From a virus (taxonomy: Duplodnaviria > Caudoviricetes): a stretch of DNA of 55,398 nt. Of this stretch, positions 7,031 to 16,057 are shown piece after piece. A program made the position numbers and the translations under genes. Each line of letters starts with the position of its first letter. Position 1 is the stretch's first letter. Below the pieces are notes generated by a model. The model did not search any database, was not told where the DNA came from, and was given only the letters and a program-made list of their open reading frames with translations. Location of the stretch: IMG/VR virus record IMGVR_UViG_3300027741_000080, positions 1 to 55,398 of that record. One strand, written 5' to 3'.

Positions 7031-9640
7031 ATGGCTTCAGCCCCATATACTAAGCCTGGCGTGTACGTTGAAGAAACACTTACGCCTAATTTGCCTGTTG
7101 CACCTGCAATATCTAACTCTGTTGCTGTACTTATTGGTGTAGCTGACCGTGGTCCTACAACCACATCTGGTGCTAACGTTGTAGGTGTTCCTACTCTTGT
7201 AAGTACTTGGTCTGACTTTGTTAACACGTTTAGTTTTGGTTCTAGTACTAATACTTTTAGTGGCGCTGGTTTAAGTATGTCCACAACAGGTACAGCTTCT
7301 TCAGGAGCAACTACTGTAACAGTTGCATCTACTGCAGGTATTACTGTGGGTATGGGAGTGTCTGCTACAAACATTGATCCTTCTACTATAGTAACAGCCA
7401 TTTCTGGTAGCGTAGTTACATTATCTTTAGCAACTACTGCAGCCTTTACAGCGGCTGCTATTAGTTTTAATAACAACCCACTTAAGTACGCTGTTAAATC
7501 TTTCTTTGATAATGGTGGCGCAGGGTTATACGTACAGCGTGAAATCAATACAGACGCTACAAAAGCAGGTATTAGTTTCCGAGATAGTAACGGTACAGCA
7601 ACAACTGTTAATACAAACAGTACGACCGCAGTAACTGCAACGGCTTCCGCCTCTGCTACATCACTTGCAGTTCTTAGTACCTCAGGAATAGTTGTTGGTC
7701 AAAATATAACAGCGGTTTCAGGTTTAGCTGCAACTACTACAGTTACCGCTATTTCATCAGTAGTAGCAACAACTATTTCTATTAATACAGCATCATCTGG
7801 AGTTTCTACTATTACAGGTATAACACCTACTGGAGTTGTTCCTGGTCAAATGATTACAGGTACAACTAGTATTACTGCAGGTACTTATGTAAAATCTACT
7901 ACTGCAAGTACCGTTGTTATTTCAGCTACTACAGCTAGTGCTATAAGTAATCAACCATTAGTATTTACTGCTAACAATCTTACAATATCTCCTGCTACAA
8001 CTGGAACTGTTGCTGATGCGGCAGTAGTAACTCTTGTAGGTAATACGTTTGATTTTACAACAAGTACAACTGCACTAAGTATTATTTCTACGGCTGCAAC
8101 ATTTCCAACAGCTACTGTTGGTAAATCAATTAGTTTTTCTGGCGTAACCGCTACAGGATATACTGGATTAAACTCGGGCCGTTATGTTATTAGTGCAGTA
8201 TCCGCTGATGCCAGTTCTATCAGCATTGTTTACAAGGGAACTGCAATACCTATTGCTGGTCAATCAACCGCTGTATCTGTCGTTAATGCTGCAGTAAGTA
8301 CAACCCCAACACTTACAGTTACTGCTAAAGACCCAGGATCATGGGGGCAAGATGTATGGGTTGGTATTTACCCTAATAACAATGCACTTTACTTTGATCT
8401 GCACGTATTCTACTCAGCAACTGCGACCTTATCTACACAGTTAGTTGATGCTAACCGAGTAGAGCGTTTTACTAAATTAAGTATGGATTCAACAGACCCA
8501 CGTTATTTTGTTAATAACATATCTTCTAAGTGGATTACTGTGGCAGATGCTAATTCAGCGGCTACTGATTACAACGACCTTCCAGCGTTTACGGGTGCAT
8601 GGGGAACAGCAATTACTTCAGCCACTTCAGCAAATGTTATAGCTACTACAGGAGCTTTTACTTGGAATTCATCAGGATTTAGCACCTCAACAATTCAAGC
8701 TGCTAAACTTGGCCTTGCTTCAACTACAAATGCAACATTAGCTGCTAGTAGCCAAACAGGGTCAGATGGAACAACAACAGCAACAGCGGCTACGTATACC
8801 TACCCACAACTGGATAATATTTCACAACCACTTATTATTAACCATGTTGCTAGAACAGATGCGACAAGCATTAATGCTTTAACATTATATGCTGCAACTC
8901 GTACTGATTCTTTTGTAGTAATTGACACATTAAACGATACTGTAAGTAACACTTTAAGTGCTATTAAGAGTTATAACACTAATCAAAACTATGGTGCTGC
9001 TTATTACCCTAATATTGTTATTAATGATCCCGCTTCAACTACAGGCGCTCCTAAAACAATTGCACCAGGTGGAGCAGTTGCTGCTCTGTACACTGTTACA
9101 GATACTTCAAGAGGCGTATTTAAGGCACCTGCAGGTTCAGCTACCCGAATTAACTCAGCCGTATCTGTATATTCTTTAAGTTCTGATGAATTTAACACAA
9201 TTGGTGGAACTACCCCTAATCTAAACATTATTCGTTTTGTCCCAGGAGCGGGTATTTGCATCATGGGTGCTCGTACATTAAAGAGTGCCAACACTGATAT
9301 ATATGTACCAGTACGTAGATCGCTTAATTATTTATCATCAAACCTAAAAAACATTACACAGTTTGCAGTGTTTGAGCCTAATGATGCAAATCTATGGGCA
9401 AAAGTTAATGGTATTGTTTCAGGATTCCTTGATGGGTTCTGGCGCAACGGTGGTTTGAGTGGAGCATCTTCTGCTCAAGCTTACTACGTTAAGTGTGATG
9501 GTTCAATTAATACTCCAGCAGCGGTAGCCGCTGGTGAACTACGCATTGAAGTTGGTGTTGCTTTACAGCGACCAGCCGAATTTGTAATTATTAAAATTGG
9601 TCAAATTGATGGTGGCGCTACTGTCACCACTTCGATTTAA
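7031..9640 (+). CDS. Contractile tail sheath protein with large inserted domains
   Basis: PGVYVEE N-terminus; SRGVFKAPAG, GARTL, YVPVRR, AVFEPND, PAEFVIIKI sheath motifs. Confidence 0.95.
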   Translation: MASAPYTKPGVYVEETLTPNLPVAPAISNSVAVLIGVADRGPTTTSGANVVGVPTLVSTWSDFVNTFSFGSSTNTFSGAGLSMSTTGTASSGATTVTVASTAGITVGMGVSATNIDPSTIVTAISGSVVTLSLATTAAFTAAAISFNNNPLKYAVKSFFDNGGAGLYVQREINTDATKAGISFRDSNGTATTVNTNSTTAVTATASASATSLAVLSTSGIVVGQNITAVSGLAATTTVTAISSVVATTISINTASSGVSTITGITPTGVVPGQMITGTTSITAGTYVKSTTASTVVISATTASAISNQPLVFTANNLTISPATTGTVADAAVVTLVGNTFDFTTSTTALSIISTAATFPTATVGKSISFSGVTATGYTGLNSGRYVISAVSADASSISIVYKGTAIPIAGQSTAVSVVNAAVSTTPTLTVTAKDPGSWGQDVWVGIYPNNNALYFDLHVFYSATATLSTQLVDANRVERFTKLSMDSTDPRYFVNNISSKWITVADANSAATDYNDLPAFTGAWGTAITSATSANVIATTGAFTWNSSGFSTSTIQAAKLGLASTTNATLAASSQTGSDGTTTATAATYTYPQLDNISQPLIINHVARTDATSINALTLYAATRTDSFVVIDTLNDTVSNTLSAIKSYNTNQNYGAAYYPNIVINDPASTTGAPKTIAPGGAVAALYTVTDTSRGVFKAPAGSATRINSAVSVYSLSSDEFNTIGGTTPNLNIIRFVPGAGICIMGARTLKSANTDIYVPVRRSLNYLSSNLKNITQFAVFEPNDANLWAKVNGIVSGFLDGFWRNGGLSGASSAQAYYVKCDGSINTPAAVAAGELRIEVGVALQRPAEFVIIKIGQIDGGATVTTSI

Positions 9641-9653
9641 GGAGAATTGACAC

Positions 9654-10286
9654 ATGTCTGAAAAACCAACTACTATCAGCGTAATTGATGATAGAGCCAC
9701 AATCAATACCGACCCATTACGTCGGTTTAGGTTCCGTGCGGTATTTAAACCCGCAGTAGGTACCGCTACATTTGATTCACGTATTACCTCTTTTAGTGGT
9801 GGTTTCAATACCATTAATGGCTTAGGTATCTCAGTCAATGCTGTGACTTACCGCGAAGGTGGCTACAACACTACTGACCACAAGATTCCAGGTCAAGCAT
9901 CATTTTCAGATATCACGCTTTCTCGTGGTGCTTTGTATGGTAATGATGGCGCTATTACTTGGATGCGTGGATTATTTGCCGCTGCTGCTGGTGACGGTAT
10001 TGCGTTGTCACAAGCAAGCGGTGGAGGATTCCGTTGCAATGTGGCTATTTATTTAATGGATCATCCAAATGCAGCTGGTGTAACTAACGTTCCTCGTATG
10101 GGTTTTTATATCCATAATGCTTGGATTAACAACATTACGTACTCAGGTCTTGATGCTGGCTCTAACGATTTATTATTTGAAACAATGACGCTTTCACACG
10201 AAGGTCTTTCAGTAGCAATGTTAAACGTAGCCGCAGATGGAACTATTACAGCAGCAACGGGAAGCAAACAACCTGCAGGATTCTAA
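9654..10286 (+). CDS. Tail tube protein (T4 gp19-like)
   Basis: DPLRRFRF, YREGG, KIPGQ, ITLSRG, LDAGSND..FETMTL motifs. Confidence 0.92.
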   Translation: MSEKPTTISVIDDRATINTDPLRRFRFRAVFKPAVGTATFDSRITSFSGGFNTINGLGISVNAVTYREGGYNTTDHKIPGQASFSDITLSRGALYGNDGAITWMRGLFAAAAGDGIALSQASGGGFRCNVAIYLMDHPNAAGVTNVPRMGFYIHNAWINNITYSGLDAGSNDLLFETMTLSHEGLSVAMLNVAADGTITAATGSKQPAGF

Positions 10287-10325
10287 TTTGTAGTATACTA
10301 ATATGGATAATAATAAGGAGAATCA

Positions 10326-11126
10326 ATGAGTTTTAGTGACATTTCTGAAATTAATAATTTAGCTAAAGAGTTTGAACAAGCGTTTTCAATTGAAGACAAA
10401 GTAAAAATTACAACAGAAGCACCTATATCTAATGTAGTTGAATTACCTGGTGGATTTGTTCTTTCTAACGGAACTCTGGCTACCACAGCAGAAGTTCGTG
10501 AATTAAATGGTCTTGATGAAGAAGAACTTGCTAAAGCCACAACAGCTAATCGTATGTTACACACAGCGTTTTCTAAAGGTTTAGTATCTATTGGTGGTAG
10601 TGAAGCGTATAAAGAAAATTTAAATACTTTATTATCTGGTGATAAAGAAGCAATTCTTCTTGGTATTAGAAATGTTACATTTGGGTCAAAAATTCCCTAT
10701 ACGTATACTTGCTCGTCTTGTTTAGAAGAACAAGATACTGAAATTGATTTACTAAAAGATGTAGAAATTACTAAACTTAATGATCCTGTTAGTGACAGAA
10801 TCTTTACAGTAAAACTAAAAAATGGTGAAGCTGTAGTAACACTGCCAAATGGTGTTACTAATAAAAAACTAATGGATGCGGAAGATAAATCTACTGCTGA
10901 ATTGGTAACTATTATTTTGTCAGGATGCTTAGTTAGCATCAATGGAACACCTTCTTTAGGGGTACAAACTGCCCTTAATCTTGGTATTTTAGATAGAGAG
11001 ACTATCATCTCTGAAATCTATAGGCGCACCCCAGGCCCACGCCTTGGGGAGGTGACTAAGGCTTGCAAGGCATGTGGTAATGAAACTCCATTACCACTAA
11101 GTCTGGCTAGCTTATTTCGTATATAA
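10326..11126 (+). CDS. Tail / baseplate-hub assembly chaperone (T4 gp26-like) with two CxxC pairs
   Basis: VRELNGLDEE, GDKEAILLGIR..TFG, CSSC and CKAC; lies between tube and tape measure. Confidence 0.75.
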   Translation: MSFSDISEINNLAKEFEQAFSIEDKVKITTEAPISNVVELPGGFVLSNGTLATTAEVRELNGLDEEELAKATTANRMLHTAFSKGLVSIGGSEAYKENLNTLLSGDKEAILLGIRNVTFGSKIPYTYTCSSCLEEQDTEIDLLKDVEITKLNDPVSDRIFTVKLKNGEAVVTLPNGVTNKKLMDAEDKSTAELVTIILSGCLVSINGTPSLGVQTALNLGILDRETIISEIYRRTPGPRLGEVTKACKACGNETPLPLSLASLFRI

Positions 11127-11148
11127 ATACGAAAACTACGTTGATTTA

Positions 11149-11259
11149 ATGGACTCCTACGAAGCACTATTCCGAGCATTTCCTGGTTGGAGCCTTTCTG
11201 ATGTGCGCTCCCTTTCCTACAGGGAAAGACTTAACTGGCTACTACGAGCTACTAGATAG
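11149..11259 (+). CDS. Short tail-assembly chaperone extension (gp51/GT-like); probably made by +1 frameshift from the upstream gene
   Basis: FPGWSLSDVRSLSYRERLNWL resembles gp51/DUF6760-like peptides; frame open from 11101; no RBS before ATG. Confidence 0.65.
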   Translation: MDSYEALFRAFPGWSLSDVRSLSYRERLNWLLRATR

Positions 11260-11267
11260 GTGTTGAA

Positions 11268-12773
11268 ATGGCTAATAACCAGAACTTTGGCGATATGATT
11301 TCATCGCTTACTGGTGTTGTAAACAAACTTAACAGTGCCATTAATAATATGTCCAGTGGTTTGAAGAACCTGGGTAATCAGTCTCAAACAATGTCTAATA
11401 CATTTGGTGGAGCTCCATCTATGGGAGGCTATCAAAGTTCAGCCCCTACTCCTCCTAGGTTTTCTAGTTATTATGAACGTACTCAGTTTGGAAAAATTTT
11501 AGGTAGTACTTTTGGGCTTGCTGCTGGTCTTGCTAGCGCAACAGCAATGGCTCTTCCTACTACTCAAGAAGCTGTAGATGTTCAAGCTCTTGCTGAACGT
11601 ATGCGTTTTTATGGTGGTGGTACTGGGTTTAGCGCTTCAGGTAAAATGGGCGGTGCTTACCAAACCCCTAAAGACGCTATGCGAGCACAACTTCAAGCTT
11701 CAGTTATGGGTACAGCTACTAGCCCAGAAGATGCTGCACTTGCTACAAATGCGGCCGCTCAACGTGGGTTACTTCCAGGTTTACAAAACTTTGGTGCTGG
11801 TAAAGGTTACTCGGGAATTATGGGCGGTGCCGCCTTAGCGTCTAACCTTTCCCCTGGTCTTGGGTTAGCTGGAGGCGTAGGTGTTATGGCCTCATTAAAT
11901 AGCCCACAATTAATTAACATGTCTCGTATGTTTGGTATTCAAATCCGTAATGCCAAAGGCACAGGAATGATGGACTTACCAAATATTATTAATCAGTTGT
12001 ACGATATTTTATCTAAAGCTGCTCCAGTTACTAAAGAAAATATTGCTATTTCAGCAATGCCTGGTAACTCTCTTGATAGCATTTTAAATCAATACTTTGG
12101 AATGGACCCTAACGTTCGTAGTGTTGTTATTGCAGGTTTAATTCAAAGAGCTTCTGGTGATAAAGGTTTTGGAAAAGCCGCTCTTATGGGAACAGGTGGC
12201 CTTACTGCTGGTATTGCATCTACAGGTAATAGAGCAGCATCTGAATTAAATTTACTACAACAATTTTCAGGTAGTACTGTGCGTAGCCTAATTGGCGCAA
12301 ATAATGTATTACAAAGTTTATATGGCGGTCTTGTTAATGCTGGTGGAGATAATAGTAAAGGCAACAGCGTTATTTCTGGTGTTCAAAAATTTAGTACTAA
12401 TTTAGAAACACTTGCTGGAGCACGAGGTGGCGCAGGACAAATACTTATTGATTCTATAATTGGTGCAGGTACTACTGGATTATCTGGTTTTGGTCCAATA
12501 GGTAAAATGATTGGTGCTACTGGCTTAGGTGCTGGAGCTTATTTTGGTTATAAGGAATTACAAAAATTAGGATTAAATAGCACAACTCCAAATAGTCCAT
12601 TTGCAAAAGGTTCAGGTATGAATGGTGAAACTTTTAGTCCAACACAGGTTGGAGTAACTCCATCTACTGCTGGTCCTATTTATACAGGTGCTATTACTAT
12701 TAATGTTTCTGGTGGAACTGACCAATACAATACCGCGTCTGCAATTACTGACGCTTTAACAAGGGCAATGTAA
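11268..12773 (+). CDS. Tape measure protein
   Basis: Ala/Gly-rich helical 501 aa, after chaperones; C-terminal ITINVSG. Confidence 0.75.
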   Translation: MANNQNFGDMISSLTGVVNKLNSAINNMSSGLKNLGNQSQTMSNTFGGAPSMGGYQSSAPTPPRFSSYYERTQFGKILGSTFGLAAGLASATAMALPTTQEAVDVQALAERMRFYGGGTGFSASGKMGGAYQTPKDAMRAQLQASVMGTATSPEDAALATNAAAQRGLLPGLQNFGAGKGYSGIMGGAALASNLSPGLGLAGGVGVMASLNSPQLINMSRMFGIQIRNAKGTGMMDLPNIINQLYDILSKAAPVTKENIAISAMPGNSLDSILNQYFGMDPNVRSVVIAGLIQRASGDKGFGKAALMGTGGLTAGIASTGNRAASELNLLQQFSGSTVRSLIGANNVLQSLYGGLVNAGGDNSKGNSVISGVQKFSTNLETLAGARGGAGQILIDSIIGAGTTGLSGFGPIGKMIGATGLGAGAYFGYKELQKLGLNSTTPNSPFAKGSGMNGETFSPTQVGVTPSTAGPIYTGAITINVSGGTDQYNTASAITDALTRAM

Positions 12774-13759
12774 TGGTTTTACCACCACAAGAAACATATA
12801 CTTTTAGTAACCCAGGTGTTGCAGGTGGCGCTGGAGTAGAGAGCAAAGTTAATGCTGCTCTTAAAACCCCATGGGTTGATGACATTGATAGAATAAAAAA
12901 AGAAGTTAGTCCAACAGGCCTTAATGGTTACAAATGGAATTTACCTCCACATAAATGGAGCCTTCCTGTAGAACCATCTTTAGATGATATGGTAGTTGAC
13001 CCTGCAACTAGAGCAATTGGTGCTACTCATAAGTATCGCCGTGGTCGTATATATTGGTATGCTCGTGTAGATAATGAATATGTAAATAGTAATAAATACA
13101 ATGCTGATATTAAAAATGATCCTCGTTACGGGTTTCAATTTATGTGGAATCCAACCGAGTTTAGTACCTCAGTAGCCACTAATATGAGTGTTACGCCAAG
13201 TTTTGCTGACAAGTTTGCCTCTGTTGTAGGAGCATTTCCCAGTGGACAAGCCCTCAGTATTTCATTTGTTTTAGATCGTACTAATGATTTTGCTTGTCTT
13301 AATTCATTGGGTATTAGTGATGATCAGCTTACTTACTTAGACAAATTAGTTAATACTAAACTTGGTAACGATAGTACAGTGTTAGGTAAATCAGTAGCGG
13401 CTTTATTGCCTGAATTAGGATATTACCCTGGACTTTCTTTTGATTACGGATTTGCAGAGACACTTGGGGAAAAAGTTATTGATTTACTTCGTTATGGAAC
13501 TACTTCTGATCTTGAATATATTTATAAAGCTATCAATGGTCCAGGTTGGACTAACGTAGCTACAGGTCGCAATACATCTGAAATTGGTTTTCTTCGCCCT
13601 ACGCTTCTTCGCATTGACCTTGGCCCATTAAGTTATTTAGGATACGTCAGTTCTATGAACGTGGCTCATAATAAATTTACTAAGGGAATGATTCCTATGG
13701 CTACTACGGTAGATTTACAATTTAATTTAATGGCTACTGCAGGTTTGGTGACAAAATAA
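12773..13759 (+). CDS. Tail tube initiator / baseplate hub-associated protein
   Basis: FQFMWNPTEF, YLGYVSSMNVAH..F..GMIP motifs typical of contractile-injection tube-like proteins. Confidence 0.65.
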   Translation: MVLPPQETYTFSNPGVAGGAGVESKVNAALKTPWVDDIDRIKKEVSPTGLNGYKWNLPPHKWSLPVEPSLDDMVVDPATRAIGATHKYRRGRIYWYARVDNEYVNSNKYNADIKNDPRYGFQFMWNPTEFSTSVATNMSVTPSFADKFASVVGAFPSGQALSISFVLDRTNDFACLNSLGISDDQLTYLDKLVNTKLGNDSTVLGKSVAALLPELGYYPGLSFDYGFAETLGEKVIDLLRYGTTSDLEYIYKAINGPGWTNVATGRNTSEIGFLRPTLLRIDLGPLSYLGYVSSMNVAHNKFTKGMIPMATTVDLQFNLMATAGLVTK

Positions 13760-14040
13760 TGGCTATTCGAGCAGGCTCTAGGTATGAAAAATCTATTGTA
13801 GATTATTTTAAAAAAACTGAAAATGGAATTACATATCCAATTGTTTTTTATTCTGCAGATAGTTTAACATCAATTAAATTTATTTTACATACTTTTACTA
13901 AAGGTGAAACATTAACTGGATTGTCATGGAGATATTTTAATCGACCAGATGTTTGGTGGATCATTGCTGAATACAATCCTGAAATTACTGATTTTGTAAA
14001 TATTGCTGGCGGAACGGTTTTGCGTATACCTCATGTTTAA
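13759..14040 (+). CDS. LysM-domain baseplate wedge protein (tail X / gp53-like)
   Basis: GETLTGLSWRYF..WWIIAEYNPEI..GTVLRIP. Confidence 0.85.
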   Translation: MAIRAGSRYEKSIVDYFKKTENGITYPIVFYSADSLTSIKFILHTFTKGETLTGLSWRYFNRPDVWWIIAEYNPEITDFVNIAGGTVLRIPHV

Positions 14041-15352
14041 TTATGTAGCTATTGAGTTTCCGTTGTCGCAAAATCCGCCACAACGTATTTCTTCGTTTAC
14101 TCTAAAACAAGAACGCTATGCTCATGAAATTGCTACAGCCAGGTTTAGAGATTGGGGCGTACGTTATACAAGTATAAAGCCTGGTGACCCTGTACGTTGT
14201 GTGCTTAGAGGTAAAGATTCTAGCCGTGAATTTGTAGGTTATGTACATGATATTAAACCTAATATTTCTCCTAGTGCCAATTTTACTGAAGTAACAATTA
14301 TTGGAGCTTCGTACAGATTAAAGCAAGCTAGACAACGTGTGTTTGAAAACATAACTTCTTCGGATGTTATACGTTCTATTGCTAATGATTATAATTTTAG
14401 TAGCGCTCACGTTGTAGATCACCCAAGAGTGTTTGAACAAATAACGCAAGCTGGACACACTGAACTACAACTTATGAGCCGTCTTGCTAAACAATGTGGA
14501 TACTCACTTAGAATTGAAAATACATCAATTTACTATGCTCCATTTACATATAATTATTCTCAAAAACGTAACAACGCTAAAACATTTGTTATGAGTGAAG
14601 CTAACGATCCAGGTGGTTCTACGTTATATTCATTTCAATTAACTCTTGGAGATAGTGTTGCGTATCGAGATTCATATAAGTCTGCTGTTCAAGTAGGTGG
14701 CGTTAACCCACAAAATAATGAAGTTAATCTTGTAACTAATCCTCGCCAGCAAACTATTAATCAAACTAGTGCTACTGAATTTTTTGATAGTTTTGCTACT
14801 AATGTTGTTGCTCCTAGTTATGAAGCTGCTGCGTACGAAGCAAAAGCTGCGGATGAACGCAACAGATTTCCTTACCGTGCTCGTATACAAGTTATTGGAA
14901 CTCCAGAGCTTAAGCCAGATGATCCTATTTATTTAGATGGTCTTGGACCTAATTACACTGGTTATTGGGTTGTTATGTATACAGAGCATAGTGTTGTTGA
15001 ACAATCTCCAAACATTTTAAAATATACAACAATTGTTGATGTAGGTGCTGACTCTATTGGACAAGCTCAAGTATGGGAAGGTCAAGTAGTTACTGCTCCA
15101 ACCAATATAAGTATAAGAGCACTAGTTCCAGATACTAAAAATGTCCCAGTTCAAAACGCATCATTATTAGTTGAAGGTACTGGTTATTATAATAACTCTG
15201 GATTTACTGAAGTTACTAATAGAACTACAGAATCAAATGTTAAACCTTACACTTGGCAAGCAATAAGCCCTTCATATTTAAATAATTTATCTGATATTAA
15301 AAATCGCACTAATTCTGTAATTAATAGGTTAAGGAACAAAAATGTACTCTGA
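14033..15352 (+). CDS. Baseplate hub protein (gpD / VgrG-like)
   Basis: Q..HTELQLMSRLAKQCGY, GTPELKP..IYLDGLG...GYWVV; ATG at 14033 overlaps the LysM gene. Confidence 0.8.
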   Translation: MFNYVAIEFPLSQNPPQRISSFTLKQERYAHEIATARFRDWGVRYTSIKPGDPVRCVLRGKDSSREFVGYVHDIKPNISPSANFTEVTIIGASYRLKQARQRVFENITSSDVIRSIANDYNFSSAHVVDHPRVFEQITQAGHTELQLMSRLAKQCGYSLRIENTSIYYAPFTYNYSQKRNNAKTFVMSEANDPGGSTLYSFQLTLGDSVAYRDSYKSAVQVGGVNPQNNEVNLVTNPRQQTINQTSATEFFDSFATNVVAPSYEAAAYEAKAADERNRFPYRARIQVIGTPELKPDDPIYLDGLGPNYTGYWVVMYTEHSVVEQSPNILKYTTIVDVGADSIGQAQVWEGQVVTAPTNISIRALVPDTKNVPVQNASLLVEGTGYYNNSGFTEVTNRTTESNVKPYTWQAISPSYLNNLSDIKNRTNSVINRLRNKNVL

Positions 15353-15611
15353 CCTTATTACTGGTGACTTATCAGATAAAAGATTTTTTGGTATTTATCG
15401 GGGGTTAGTTATAGATATTAATGACCCTAATAATCAAAATAGAATTAAACTGCAAGTACCTCAAATTTTAGGTAAGGCTGTTACAGGTTGGGCTTGGGGA
15501 GTAAGTCCAGCCGTAACAGCTACGTTATTTGTGCCAGACCCAGGTACAGGTGTTTGGGTAATGTTTGAAGGCGGAGACCCCAATTTCCCACTATGGCTAG
15601 GAGCGTTCTAA
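15342..15611 (+). CDS. Baseplate spike / gpV (gp5 OB-fold only)
   Basis: GIYRGLVIDINDP...RIKLQVP...P.PG.GVWVMFEGGDPNFPLWLG. Confidence 0.9.
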   Translation: MYSDLITGDLSDKRFFGIYRGLVIDINDPNNQNRIKLQVPQILGKAVTGWAWGVSPAVTATLFVPDPGTGVWVMFEGGDPNFPLWLGAF

Positions 15612-16057
15612 TGGCTATTATTTTTAATTCTGTTTCTTCAAATAGCGTTATACCTGTAGAAACATATTCAATAGCTCTTCCATTTAATATATCTAGTAAT
15701 AATAAAATAACTACTGTACTTGACTCTTCTCCTAAAGCGTGGAGAGATAGGGTACTAAGTTTGTTATCTACTGGAATTAATGAACGTGTTTGGTATTATA
15801 ATTATGGTGCTAATTTAGATGGACTTTTATACGAAAGCGCAGCCAATGCTGTTGAAATAGGTCGTCAAGCTATTAAAGAAATGTTTATTTCTTGGCTTCC
15901 ATCTCTTACTCTTCGTCAAGTGGTTCCTGGCTACGATAGTGATACTGGAACGCTTGAACTTAGTATTATATATAAACTTCCCAGCGGGGACACAGATTCT
16001 GTTACAATATCTACAGCCTCTCTTACGGCTGCAGGCGAAACTATTAAGGGCGTATAA
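15611..16057 (+). CDS. Baseplate wedge gp25/gpW-like (sheath initiator)
   Basis: LLST...ERV....YGANL..LLYE motif. Confidence 0.85.
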   Translation: MAIIFNSVSSNSVIPVETYSIALPFNISSNNKITTVLDSSPKAWRDRVLSLLSTGINERVWYYNYGANLDGLLYESAANAVEIGRQAIKEMFISWLPSLTLRQVVPGYDSDTGTLELSIIYKLPSGDTDSVTISTASLTAAGETIKGV

